Positions 17,987 through 27,086 of a stretch of 64,000 nucleotides of DNA are shown piece after piece; position 1 is the first letter of the stretch, and each line of letters opens with the position of its first letter. Source of the DNA: Candidatus Dormiibacterota bacterium (GTDB lineage: Bacteria > Chloroflexota > Dormibacteria > Aeolococcales > Aeolococcaceae). Where the stretch lies: positions 196,052 to 260,051 of the forward strand of contig CAVQLW010000005.1 of the NCBI GenBank assembly GCA_963713485.1, written 5' to 3'. Made by a program: the position numbers and the translations under genes. The notes beneath the pieces are model-generated. The model had not been told where the DNA came from. It saw nothing but the letters and a program-made list of their open reading frames with translations, and did no database searches.

Positions 17987-18613
17987 GTGAGCAGAGCTGC
18001 CGTCGTGGCCGTGTGCCGGGCGTTCTTCGCCGCGGTGGCACTGGTCGCGATCGCCGTGCAGCTGACCGACCTCGCCGGCAAGGGGGTCCTCAACCCGGTG
18101 AGCTACTTCAGCTACTTCACCATCGACAGCAACCTCATCGCCGCGGCGATCCTGCTGGTGGGCGCGGCGAGCGCGGGCCGGGGCAGCGCGCGCTTCGATC
18201 TGTTCCGCGGTGGGGCGGTCGTGTACATGAGCATCACCGGCATCGTGTTCACGCTCCTGCTCTCCAACACCGACGTTGACACCGCGATTCCCTGGGTCAA
18301 CACCGTCGTCCACGAGCTCATGCCGCTCGTGATCCTCGCGGACTGGCTCGTGACCCCGCCCGTGACCCGGCTGCGCCTCCGGGACGGGTTGCTCTGGCTC
18401 AGCTTTCCGCTCGTCTGGATCGTCTACACGCTGATCCGCGGGAGCATCGTCAACCTCTACCCGTACCCGTTCCTGAATCCCGCCAACGGCGGCTATGCGA
18501 GCGTCGCCGTCTACGCCGCCGGCATCCTCGTCGCCATGCTGGTCGTGTGCGGGCTCACGGTCGTGCTCGCGAACGCGTCGGGCGGCGTGCAGCGCCGAGC
18601 CGAGCCCGCGTAG
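17987..18613 (+). CDS. Pr6Pr-family (FAR-17a/AIG1-like) integral membrane protein
   Basis: Six-TM pattern with a conserved FTIDSN...W..P segment. The GTG start is placed after the HAD stop. Confidence 0.6.
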   Translation: MSRAAVVAVCRAFFAAVALVAIAVQLTDLAGKGVLNPVSYFSYFTIDSNLIAAAILLVGAASAGRGSARFDLFRGGAVVYMSITGIVFTLLLSNTDVDTAIPWVNTVVHELMPLVILADWLVTPPVTRLRLRDGLLWLSFPLVWIVYTLIRGSIVNLYPYPFLNPANGGYASVAVYAAGILVAMLVVCGLTVVLANASGGVQRRAEPA

Positions 18614-18628
18614 GGGCGCCCTCGCCGC

Positions 18629-19486
18629 CTACGACTTGCTGAAGAAGCCGCCGCCGGTCTTGTTGCCGAGCTCGCCGCGCGCGACGTGGTCACGCAGCAG
18701 CGGCAGCGGCTCCCACCGCTGATCGCCGGTCTGCCGGGCGCCCTCCGCGAGGATGGCCTCGACGACGTCGAGGCCGACGAGGTCGGAGAGCTCGAACGGT
18801 CCCATCGGCCATCCCAGGGCGTTGCGCACGGCGAGATCGCAGTCGCGCGGGGCGATGTAGCCACCCTCGACGAGCGTCATGGCCTCCTGGATGGCGATGA
18901 AGAGGATGCGGTTGGCGATGAAGCCGTACTCCTCGCGAGCGAGACGCACCGGTGTCTTCCCGATCGCGCGGGCGAACTCCATCGCGTGGTCGACCGCCAC
19001 CTCGGCGGTGTGCGGACCGGGCACGACCTCGACCAGCGTCATGAGCAGCGCGGGGTTGAAGAAGTGGATGTTGAGGAACCGCTCGGGGTGCGACACCAAG
19101 TCCTCGAGCAGCGACGAACCGAGGGTCGACGAGTTCGTGCCGATGATGGCATCTTCATCCGCATAGTCGGAGATGCGGGCATACACCTCACGCTTGACGT
19201 CGCGGTCCTCGGCGACGGTCTCGATGATCGTGCTCATCCCGCGGAGCGCCGCGAAGTCAGTGCTCGCGGTGACGCGCGCGAGCGTCGCGTCGCAGGCCTC
19301 CGCGGTGAGCTTCCCCTTGTCCACGCGCCTGCGGAGCAGTGCCGACGAGGACGCGCACGCGGACTGCAGGCCCTCCTCGCGCCGGCTGACCAGGTGCACG
19401 TCGAACCCGTGCAGCGCCGCCTGGTACGCGATCTGACCACCCATCGTCCCGGCGCCGACGACGCCGAGCGTGTGACGCAGCGCCAT
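18629..19486 (-). CDS. 3-hydroxyacyl-CoA (3-hydroxybutyryl-CoA) dehydrogenase
   Basis: Rossmann motif GVVGAGTMGG at the N-terminus and the 3HCDH N- and C-terminal domain pattern. The start lies 2 nt after the fumC stop. Confidence 0.85.
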   Translation of the reverse strand: MALRHTLGVVGAGTMGGQIAYQAALHGFDVHLVSRREEGLQSACASSSALLRRRVDKGKLTAEACDATLARVTASTDFAALRGMSTIIETVAEDRDVKREVYARISDYADEDAIIGTNSSTLGSSLLEDLVSHPERFLNIHFFNPALLMTLVEVVPGPHTAEVAVDHAMEFARAIGKTPVRLAREEYGFIANRILFIAIQEAMTLVEGGYIAPRDCDLAVRNALGWPMGPFELSDLVGLDVVEAILAEGARQTGDQRWEPLPLLRDHVARGELGNKTGGGFFSKS

Positions 19487-19488
19487 GA

Positions 19489-20901
19489 TCAGCCGGCTCC
19501 GATGCCGGCTTCGCGACCGGGATGGGTCATCGCCTCGGCGTCGAGCAGCCGGGTCAACTCCTCCTCGTCGAGGCCGCTGCGCTCGCGCGCGACCTCGCGC
19601 ACGGTCCGGCCGGATGCGTACGCCTCCTTGGCGATCGCCGCCGCGGCGTCGTAGCCGATCCGGGGCGCGAGCGCTGTGCAGAGCATGAGACCGCGCTCCA
19701 CCAGGGCGGGACCGTTCTCTGTCGCCGTGATGCCGTCGACGCACTGGACCGCGAGGTTGCGGGCCGATGCGGCGAGCAGCGCCGACGACTGCAGGAGGTC
19801 GTACGCGGCGACCGGCATCATCACGTTGAGCTCGAGGAGCGAGCCGGCCGCGCCGCAGAAGGCGACGGTCGCGTCGTTGCCGATCACCTGGGCGGCGACC
19901 ATGGTCACCGATTCGCAGATGACAGGGTTCACCTTCGCGGGCATGATCGACGAGCCGGGTTGCACGGCCGGGATCGCGATCTCCGCGATGCCCGCCCGCG
20001 GCCCGCAGCCGAGCAGCCGGATGTCGCAGGCGATCTTGTACAGCGCGACAGCCGTGGCTCGGAGCGCCCCGCTGGCCGCTACCACCGCGTCGAGCGTCGA
20101 CTGCGCGCTGAAGTGGTTGCCGGTCTCGACGAAGGGCAGTCCGAGGTCGGCGGCGAGCAGCGCGATCACCCGTCCCGGGAACTCCGGGTGGGTGCCGACG
20201 CCGGTGCCGACCGCGGTGCCGCCGAGGGGCAGCTCGACGAGGGTGGCGATCGCCTCCTCGCAGCGCCGCACGGCACGTTCCACCTGGCCCGCGTAGCCGA
20301 GGAACTCCTGACCGAGCCGGATCGGGGTCGCGTCCTGGAGGTGGGTCCTCCCGGTCTTGATCACCGGCCAGAGCTCGTCCGACTTGCGTCGCAGCGACGC
20401 CTCGAGCACCCGGAGCCCCGGGATCGTGTCCTCGTGCAGGGAGACGGCCGCGGCGACCTGGATCGCGGCCGGGATCACGTCGTTGCTCGACTGCCCGAGG
20501 TTCACGTGGTCGTTGGGGTGCACCGGGGTGCGTGAGCCGCGCGTCCCGCCCAGGAGCTCGATGGCCCGGTTCGCCACCACCTCGTTCGCGTTCATGTTGG
20601 TGGAGGTGCCGCTGCCCGTCTGGAAGACGTCGACGATGAACTCGCCGTCGAGCGTCCCGTCGACGACGTCCTGTGCGGCGCGGATGATCGCGCCCGCCAG
20701 GTGCTCGTCGAGCAGCCCGAGCTCCCGGTTGACGACCGCCGACTGCTGCTTGATCAGGCCGATCGCCCGGATGAACCCGCGGGGCAGGCGCAGGTCGCTG
20801 ATCGGGAAGTTGACCTTCGCCCGCATGGTGTTGGCGCCGTAGTACGCGTCCGCGGGCACCTCGAACTCACCCATCGAGTCGCGCTCCGTGCGTGTATTCA
20901 T
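19489..20901 (-). CDS. fumC: Class II fumarate hydratase
   Basis: GSSIMPAKVNP signature, TGRTHLQDATP, and the N-terminal MNTRTERDSMGEFEVPAD. It aligns by eye far better to FumC than to aspartase. Confidence 0.9.
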   Translation of the reverse strand: MNTRTERDSMGEFEVPADAYYGANTMRAKVNFPISDLRLPRGFIRAIGLIKQQSAVVNRELGLLDEHLAGAIIRAAQDVVDGTLDGEFIVDVFQTGSGTSTNMNANEVVANRAIELLGGTRGSRTPVHPNDHVNLGQSSNDVIPAAIQVAAAVSLHEDTIPGLRVLEASLRRKSDELWPVIKTGRTHLQDATPIRLGQEFLGYAGQVERAVRRCEEAIATLVELPLGGTAVGTGVGTHPEFPGRVIALLAADLGLPFVETGNHFSAQSTLDAVVAASGALRATAVALYKIACDIRLLGCGPRAGIAEIAIPAVQPGSSIMPAKVNPVICESVTMVAAQVIGNDATVAFCGAAGSLLELNVMMPVAAYDLLQSSALLAASARNLAVQCVDGITATENGPALVERGLMLCTALAPRIGYDAAAAIAKEAYASGRTVREVARERSGLDEEELTRLLDAEAMTHPGREAGIGAG

Positions 20902-22016
20902 GATGCGGCGGTCTCCTCCCTGAGCAAGGGGATGGTCATGTCGAACTCGGCGCCGCTTCCCGGCGCGCTTCGGGCCGCCACGGTTCCCCCGTGCCGCTCC
21001 GCGACAGTACGCACGATATACAGACCGAGGCCGCTCCCGGGCACCTTGCGCTGCCGCTCGGCGACCGACCGGAAGTACTTGTCGAAGAGATGGGGCGTGT
21101 CCGCGACGGGGAAGCCGTCGCCATGGTCCCGGACGGTGAAGCGCACGGAGCGGCCGTCGCGAACCGCGGTCACCTCGATCGGCGAGCCGGGCGGGCCGTG
21201 CTTGACCGCGTTGCCGAGCAGGTTGGTCAGCGCGAGGATGAGGCGGCGCCGGTCCCCTCGCAGGATCAGGCCGTGCTCGCTCTGGCTCGTGATCGTCGAG
21301 TCGCGCAGCTTGGCCTCCATCGCGACGTGCTCGATCGCCTCACCGACCACCTCCTCGGCGTCGATCACCTCGAGCGCCAGCTGGTCGTCGGGGTCCTCGA
21401 GACGGGCGAGCTCGGCGAGGGCGTTGACCATCCGGACCATCATCTCGGTGCTCGCCGTGATCCCCTCGATCGCGACCGTGGCCGTCTCGGGGAGGGTGCC
21501 GAGCATCCCCGCGCTGAGCAGCTGCCCGTAGCTGTTGAGGATCGTCAGCGGCCTGCGCAGCTCGTGCATGGTGATCGAGAGGGAGGTGCCGCGCGCCGAC
21601 GACTCCGAGGTCGCGCTGGCGAGGCGGTGCTCCAGCGAGGCGACGCACGTCGTCGCGAGCCGGTGCGCCACGGCGTCGATGTCGTCGGCCGCGTCCGAGG
21701 CGAGGCTCATCGCCGCGTCGGTGTCGAGCCGCTCCTCGCGCGCGGCCTCCGACGTCGCCTGCCGGAGCGCGGCGAGGTTGCGCAGCGCCACGTCGAGACG
21801 CCGCCCCACGCTCGACTCGGCGTCGAGGTGGTGGTACGCGATGAGCGGGCGGAAATCGTCCGCGCTCAGCGCGACGAGGACCGCGTTGATGAACTGGCGG
21901 GGGCCACGAGCCCGGTCGGGGGGCTCGTCCGGCTCAGCCGGTAGGGCCTGTCTCGCCCACAGGTCGGCGATCCGCGCCGCATGGGCTGCCAGAAAGTCGC
22001 TGAACTGTCTGGTCAC
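20898..22016 (-). CDS. Orphan cytoplasmic sensor histidine kinase (HisKA + HATPase_c, no TM)
   Basis: H-box HELRRPLT, N-box LLGNAVKH, G1 DHGDG and G2 GSGLGLYIV. Its stop overlaps the fumC ATG (ATGA). The start is uncertain: GTG 22016 overlaps the upstream gene by about 80 nt. Confidence 0.75.
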   Translation of the reverse strand: MTRQFSDFLAAHAARIADLWARQALPAEPDEPPDRARGPRQFINAVLVALSADDFRPLIAYHHLDAESSVGRRLDVALRNLAALRQATSEAAREERLDTDAAMSLASDAADDIDAVAHRLATTCVASLEHRLASATSESSARGTSLSITMHELRRPLTILNSYGQLLSAGMLGTLPETATVAIEGITASTEMMVRMVNALAELARLEDPDDQLALEVIDAEEVVGEAIEHVAMEAKLRDSTITSQSEHGLILRGDRRRLILALTNLLGNAVKHGPPGSPIEVTAVRDGRSVRFTVRDHGDGFPVADTPHLFDKYFRSVAERQRKVPGSGLGLYIVRTVAERHGGTVAARSAPGSGAEFDMTIPLLREETAAS

Positions 22017-23082
22017 GCCGCTGAAGTCTAGGACCCGGCTCTGAGGCCGCGATCTCCTCGACCGTCGCGATCGCCGCCGTGAGCGGGTCCGCACGGCGGG
22101 CCACCCGTCGGTGGTGCATCCACAGCCCGGCGCCGAGCACCGCGAAGGGCAGCATCTGGAGGTCGATGAGGAGCGAGAGCGCCCCGGCATGCGCGATCGA
22201 GACGCCGGTGCGTGAGAGCAGGGCGACGAGCACACCCTCGCGCAGCCCGAGGCCGTTGATGCTGAAGGGCGCGAGCGCGACGAGGAGCGTGATCGGGATG
22301 CACACGGCGAGCACCGTCCAGCTCAGGTCGACACCGATCGCACGTGCCGCGAGGCTCAGCGCCAGCAGGTTGACGCCCCAGCCGGCGGCGCCGACCAGCA
22401 GTGACTGGGCGACGGCGTGGGGATGCTTCCGGTACCCGCCGAACGCCTCGAGGAAGGAGCGGACTCCGCGGCTCAACGCTCCCGAAACACGGGAGAGCAG
22501 CCGGTAGGGCACCAGCTTGTCGGCGCTGAGGGCGCAGAGCCAGATCACGATCACGGTGACGGCGAGGGCCGCGATGGCGATCACCGTCCCGGTGCCGAGC
22601 AGGTCGCGGAGGAGGATCGCCGCGGCGATGCCCCAGCAGGTCATGCCCAGCATCCCGGCCATACGGCTGCCTGCCAGGGAAGCGAGCAGCCGTCCGTGGC
22701 CGACCTGGCGCCCCATCTGGACGGTGCGCATGGCGTCGCCACCCACCCCGGCGGGCAGCATCTGGCTGAAGAAGAGGCTCTGGAGATACGACGAGCCCAG
22801 GCGCCGCCACGTGAGCAGGGAGCCGGCGACCGCCCCCGCCGGTCCGCCGGCGGTCCGGAGCAGCACCCCCCACTCGACGACGCTCGCCGCGACCGTGAGC
22901 ACCGTGAGCCCCAGCGCGGCGGCGATCCAGCGCAGGTCGGCGTGAGCGAGGCTCGCCGCAGCCTTGGGGATGTCGATGGTGTGCGCGAGGACCGCGAGCC
23001 CGACGACCGTCCCGCTGACCCGAACCCAGGGGGATCCCATGAGGGTGCGGGCGGTGCGGATGCTGCGTCTCACAAGGCTCAT
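21934..23082 (-). CDS. UPF0104/flippase-like (lysylphosphatidylglycerol-synthase TM-region-like) membrane protein
   Basis: A protein of about 8 TM with the LPG-synthase TM-domain pattern (GLREG, repeated Gly-rich TM segments). Confidence 0.65.
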   Translation of the reverse strand: MSLVRRSIRTARTLMGSPWVRVSGTVVGLAVLAHTIDIPKAAASLAHADLRWIAAALGLTVLTVAASVVEWGVLLRTAGGPAGAVAGSLLTWRRLGSSYLQSLFFSQMLPAGVGGDAMRTVQMGRQVGHGRLLASLAGSRMAGMLGMTCWGIAAAILLRDLLGTGTVIAIAALAVTVIVIWLCALSADKLVPYRLLSRVSGALSRGVRSFLEAFGGYRKHPHAVAQSLLVGAAGWGVNLLALSLAARAIGVDLSWTVLAVCIPITLLVALAPFSINGLGLREGVLVALLSRTGVSIAHAGALSLLIDLQMLPFAVLGAGLWMHHRRVARRADPLTAAIATVEEIAASEPGPRLQRRDQTVQRLSGSPCGADRRPVGETGPTG

Positions 23083-23169
23083 TGAACAGGGTTCCCCGGG
23101 TCTCCTCGACCTGAATGTCCGGAACGTGACAGATCGACAGACAGACGTGACCGGCTGTCGCGTCGAATG

Positions 23170-24546
23170 TCACTCAGCGGCGAGATACGGCTCCCGGAAT
23201 GCCGTCTGCTCCGCGATGAAGACGAGCGGAAGGTCGTCGATCGGCCCGTTGCGGTTCTTGGCCACGATGAGCTCGGTCTTCGCCCGGTCGATCTCGCGGT
23301 TGTGCATGCCCTCACGGTAGAGGAAGAGCACGACGTCGGCGTCCTGCTCGATCGAGCCGCTGTCACGCAGGTCGCTCAGCTGGGGCCGTTTGTTCTCGCG
23401 ACGCTCGGATTCACGCGACAGCTGAGAGAGCGCGAGCACCGGGACGTCGAGCTCCTTCGCGATCGCCTTGAGGCCCGAGGAGATGTCGGACACCTCCTGG
23501 ACCCGCGAATCGCGGCGGCCGCCCTGCATCAGCTGGAGGTAGTCGATGACGATCAGCTCGATCTTGTACTGCGCCTTCATCCGGCGGGCACGGGCACGGA
23601 GGCTGTTGATCGCCAGGGCGGGCGAATCGTCGATCCAGAGGTCGGCATGGGTCAGCGTGTCCATCGCCTTTGCGATCTGCTGGAACGCCATCGAGTCCGC
23701 CTGGCCGGTGCGGAGCATGTAGGCATCGACGTGGGCCTCGCTGCAGATGAGCCGCTGCACCAGGGACTGGCGCGACATCTCGAGCGAGAACACCACGACC
23801 GGCCGCCCTGCGAGCACCGCCGCGTTGCGCGCGATGTTGAGCGCCAGCGAGGTCTTGCCGACCGAGGGGCGGGCGGCGAGGATGATCAGCTCGCCGGGCT
23901 GCAGTCCCTGGGTGAGCGCGTCGAGCTTCGAGAAGTTGGTGGGGACGCCGGTGACCAGCTGCTTGTTCTCGATGCGGTGCTCGAGGGTGTCCCACCACTC
24001 GCGGACGACCGGGGCGATGTTGCGCACCTCCGAGCCCCGCCGGTCCTCGCCGATGCGGAAAACGGTCTGCTCGGCCTGGTCGATCGCCTCCTGCACCGGG
24101 GTGGTGTTGTCGAACCCGAGCCGGCTCACGTCGCTCCCCGCCTGGATCAGACGGCGGCGGAGCGCGTGCGAGATGACGATCTCGGCGTAGTGGCGGACGC
24201 TCGCGGCGCTGGGCACGACCAGCGTGAGCTCGGCGATGTAGTCCATGCCGCCCGCCCGTCCGATCCCGGGGCCACGCTCGAGCTGGTCGCGAAGGGTGAC
24301 CGTGTCGATCGCCTCGCCGCGATCGTCGAGCGCGAGCGCGGCCCGGAAGAGGACCGCGTGGCGCTCCGCGTAGAAGTCCTCCGGAACGAGCACCTCGCGC
24401 ACCGCGGCCATGGCGTTGCGATCGATGAGGATCCCGCCGAGCACCGCCTGCTCGGCGTCGTTGTCGTGCGGCGGCACCCGCATCGCCGGCCCGGTCCCCG
24501 CCACGGACGCGTGGCCCACGAACTCGGCGTGCGGGATGGACGTCAT
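23170..24546 (-). CDS. dnaB: Replicative DNA helicase DnaB (no intein)
   Basis: N-terminal domain PHDNDAEQAVLGGIL, Walker A ARPSVGKTSLALN, and the RecA-like C-terminal domain. 458 aa. Confidence 0.92.
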   Translation of the reverse strand: MTSIPHAEFVGHASVAGTGPAMRVPPHDNDAEQAVLGGILIDRNAMAAVREVLVPEDFYAERHAVLFRAALALDDRGEAIDTVTLRDQLERGPGIGRAGGMDYIAELTLVVPSAASVRHYAEIVISHALRRRLIQAGSDVSRLGFDNTTPVQEAIDQAEQTVFRIGEDRRGSEVRNIAPVVREWWDTLEHRIENKQLVTGVPTNFSKLDALTQGLQPGELIILAARPSVGKTSLALNIARNAAVLAGRPVVVFSLEMSRQSLVQRLICSEAHVDAYMLRTGQADSMAFQQIAKAMDTLTHADLWIDDSPALAINSLRARARRMKAQYKIELIVIDYLQLMQGGRRDSRVQEVSDISSGLKAIAKELDVPVLALSQLSRESERRENKRPQLSDLRDSGSIEQDADVVLFLYREGMHNREIDRAKTELIVAKNRNGPIDDLPLVFIAEQTAFREPYLAAE

Positions 24547-24989
24547 TGGGCCGCGACGACGACCTTGAGTGTCTCCCTGACGTCCGGGTGAAGCTCGATG
24601 CTGGCCTCGTGCGGGCCGAGCGATTTGATCGGCGGATCGATCTCGATCTTGCGCTTGTCGATGTCGATCCCCGCCTCGCGCTTGAGCTGCTTGGCCACGT
24701 CGGCGGTGGTGACGGTGCCGAACAGCCGGCCCGCCTCGCCGGCCTTCGCATACACGGTCACGGTGAGCTTGCGCAGGCGCTGCGCGGTGTCCCTGGCGTC
24801 GGTGAGCGCCTTCTCGGCGCGCCGACGGGTTGCCTCCTCGCGCCGGCGGATCTGGTCGACCGTGTTCTGATCGGCCACCACGGCCAGGTGCTTCGGGAAG
24901 AGGAAGTTGCGCGCGTAACCGGGGGTGACCTCGCGAACGTCGCCCGGCTTGGCAGTTCCTGCCACTTCCTTCAAGAACAGAACCTTCAC
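24543..24989 (-). CDS. rplI: 50S ribosomal protein L9
   Basis: MKVLFLKEVAGTAKPGDVREVTPGYARNFLFPK is a canonical L9 N-terminus. Its stop overlaps the dnaB start. Confidence 0.92.
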   Translation of the reverse strand: MKVLFLKEVAGTAKPGDVREVTPGYARNFLFPKHLAVVADQNTVDQIRRREEATRRRAEKALTDARDTAQRLRKLTVTVYAKAGEAGRLFGTVTTADVAKQLKREAGIDIDKRKIEIDPPIKSLGPHEASIELHPDVRETLKVVVAAQ

Positions 24990-25366
24990 GAGAACGCCTC
25001 CCGCTCCTCGGGACGGAGCCTGCGATAGATCATCATGGCGATCCGTTCCCCGCTGCGGACGTCGTCATCGAAACGGCTGCGCCGCAGCGTGATCAGCTGC
25101 TCCTGCTCGGCGACCACGTGACGCGGGCACGCCGCGATGAACGCGCGTGTCGCGAGGAGGCTCAGCGCGAGCACGTCGAGCTCACCGACGACCGGCAGCG
25201 ACTCCGGAAGGTCGATCACCGGCAACGCGATCAGCGCGAGTCCGCCTCCGAACGCGAGCTTCATGTAGCGGGGCACGCGCGCATCGAACATCAGGCAGTA
25301 CGCGAGCCGCAGCATGCGCGGAAGGTCGACGAAGAGGCGTTTGGCGCCGCGGAGCTTGCTCAGCAT
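24986..25366 (-). CDS. DUF1232/YkvA-like small membrane protein
   Basis: A 126-aa protein with two TM segments and the YkvA-family pattern. It overlaps the rplI start by 4 nt. Confidence 0.55.
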   Translation of the reverse strand: MLSKLRGAKRLFVDLPRMLRLAYCLMFDARVPRYMKLAFGGGLALIALPVIDLPESLPVVGELDVLALSLLATRAFIAACPRHVVAEQEQLITLRRSRFDDDVRSGERIAMMIYRRLRPEEREAFS

Positions 25367-25429
25367 CTCGAACCGCGCATTCTACGTCTGTTGGGGTTGA
25401 CCCCGAACGGACACGCGCCAAAGGCGCGG

Positions 25430-25618
25430 TTATTTCGAATCCGGCAGGCGAGGCCACTCTCGCCAGCATCTGCAGCGATCGTTCCCAGACCCGATCCTGC
25501 AGTGTGCCCAGCCGTCACAGAGGTGGTCGGGTGGCCAGTAGATGTGATGCTCTTCGCTATGGAGGCACACCGGACAGGTACCGCCTTTCACGGGCGCTGG
25601 TTGCGCGGTCACCTCCAT
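25430..25618 (-). CDS. Candidate small Cys/His-rich protein (62 aa; CPVCLHSEEHH...HLCDGWAHC...CRC)
   Basis: An ORF in a 320-nt lower-GC intergenic stretch, with metal-ligand spacing. No homology is recognisable by eye. Confidence 0.25.
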   Translation of the reverse strand: MEVTAQPAPVKGGTCPVCLHSEEHHIYWPPDHLCDGWAHCRIGSGNDRCRCWREWPRLPDSK

Positions 25619-25656
25619 GACGGCACCTCAGCGTGGTCCCGCAGTCCAATCTGATA

Positions 25657-25683
25657 CACCTGCGCCGGTTGCCGGCGCAGGTG
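25657..25683 (-). terminator. 12-bp perfect stem-loop CACCTGCGCCGG-ttg-CCGGCGCAGGTG, 5 nt downstream of the CCA-enzyme stop
   Basis: Inverted repeat read from the sequence. Intrinsic-terminator-like, though it lacks a U-tract. Confidence 0.45.
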
Positions 25684-25688
25684 TGCGC

Positions 25689-27086
25689 TCAGGCGCCCGC
25701 GAGCAGCTCGCGATGCTCATCCAACCATGCGCGCGCAGCGCGCTCGTCGCCGGGTGGGATCGTCCCGTCGAGCACCGCCTCGCGCAGCGCCGACTTCACG
25801 ACTCCCACCCACGGGCCCGGGCCGCGGCCTGCGATCGCCATCAGCGCGTCGCCGCTCAGGGGATCCCGCATCGCCGACACGACGCCGCCGGCGTCGAGGG
25901 TGGCCATGCGCGCCTCGAGCTCGTCGATCTCCTCGAGCGTCGGGTAGGCCGAGGCGATCGTGTCGGCGCGGGCCACGTCGAGCATCCGCGCCCGCAGGTC
26001 GCCGGCGTCGCGGATCATCCGCCGCACCGCGGCATCGCTGAACGTGGACCGGTCGTACTGGATCGGACGCAGGTGGAGGCGGACCAGCGCGGTCACCGCG
26101 GCGATCTCGTCGTTGCTGAACCGCCAGCGCGTGAGGATCGCCCGAGCCATCTCCGCGCCGACCTGCGCGTGGTCGTAGAACGTGTGGCGGCCGTCGGCCG
26201 CGAGCGCATGGGTCGACGGCTTGCCGATGTCATGGAGGAGCACCGCGGTCCTCGTGACCAGATCGGGGGGCGCCGCGTCCAGCGCGACGAGCGTGTGCTC
26301 GTACACGTCGTAGGTGTGGAACCCGCTCTGCTCGACGTCGACCGCGGTGAGCAGCTCGGGGAGGACCTGCTCGAGGAGACCCGCCTCGCGGAGCACCTCG
26401 ATGCCGGCGCGCGGATGGGGAGCCACGAGGAGCCGCCGGAGCTCCTCGCTCACCCGCTCGACCGAGAGGATCGACGTCCTCGCCGCCTGGGCGCGCATCG
26501 CCTCGATGGTTCCGGGAGCGAGGGCGAATCCGAGTCGCGCGACGAACCGGGCGGCGCGGTACATCCGCAACGGGTCCTCGGCGAAGGTCTCGGCCGGATC
26601 CATGGGCGTGCGGAGCACGCCCGCTCGAAGGTCGTCGAGCCCCATGCCGGTGATGTCGATCACCGCGCCGTCGAGCGTCTGGCAGAGGGCGTTCACCGTG
26701 AAATCGCGTCGCTTGACGTCTTCCTCGAGCGTTCCCGGGCGGACGTCGGGATTCCGAGAGTCGGGGTCGTAGCGCTCCGCCCGGGCGCGGACGCCCTCGA
26801 CGACGAAGCGGGAGCCGCGGATCTGGGCCGTGCCGAAGCGCTCGAACCGCTCGGGTGGGTGCCAGCCGAACGCCGAAGCTACGGCGGCAAGCAGCGGCAT
26901 CGGGTCCATTCCGACCGTGACGAGGTCGACGTCCTTGCTGAGCGTCCCTCCGAGCAGCCGGTCGCGAACGAATCCGCCGACGAGGTAGACCTCGGCATCG
27001 AGGGTGCGTGCCGCGGCGGCGATCGCCTCGAGGAGGTCCTCGAGCCCGGGTGCGTCGGGCTTGATCACCCGGATCGTGGCGCTCAT
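25689..27086 (-). CDS. cca: CCA tRNA nucleotidyltransferase / poly(A) polymerase family (HD domain)
   Basis: Motif GGFVRDRLLG...DVDL (nucleotidyltransferase), RDFTVNAL, and the HD domain LLHDIGKP. The start is at MSATIRV (ATG 27086), overlapping the MFS gene stop (ATGA). The supplied ORF 25689..28202 carries a spurious extension. Confidence 0.88.
   Translation of the reverse strand: MSATIRVIKPDAPGLEDLLEAIAAAARTLDAEVYLVGGFVRDRLLGGTLSKDVDLVTVGMDPMPLLAAVASAFGWHPPERFERFGTAQIRGSRFVVEGVRARAERYDPDSRNPDVRPGTLEEDVKRRDFTVNALCQTLDGAVIDITGMGLDDLRAGVLRTPMDPAETFAEDPLRMYRAARFVARLGFALAPGTIEAMRAQAARTSILSVERVSEELRRLLVAPHPRAGIEVLREAGLLEQVLPELLTAVDVEQSGFHTYDVYEHTLVALDAAPPDLVTRTAVLLHDIGKPSTHALAADGRHTFYDHAQVGAEMARAILTRWRFSNDEIAAVTALVRLHLRPIQYDRSTFSDAAVRRMIRDAGDLRARMLDVARADTIASAYPTLEEIDELEARMATLDAGGVVSAMRDPLSGDALMAIAGRGPGPWVGVVKSALREAVLDGTIPPGDERAARAWLDEHRELLAGA

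Noticed and set aside
19489-20901. Aspartate ammonia-lyase call because of the GSSIMPAKVNP signature
   Set aside because: The N-terminal and central regions (MNTRTERDSMGE, QTGSGTSTNMNANEV, KTGRTHLQDATP, LGGTAVGTG) align far better by eye with FumC than with AspA. It is therefore called class II fumarase.
23170-24546. Intein in dnaB, as found in mycobacteria
   Set aside because: The protein is 458 aa with contiguous helicase motifs, leaving no room for an intein.
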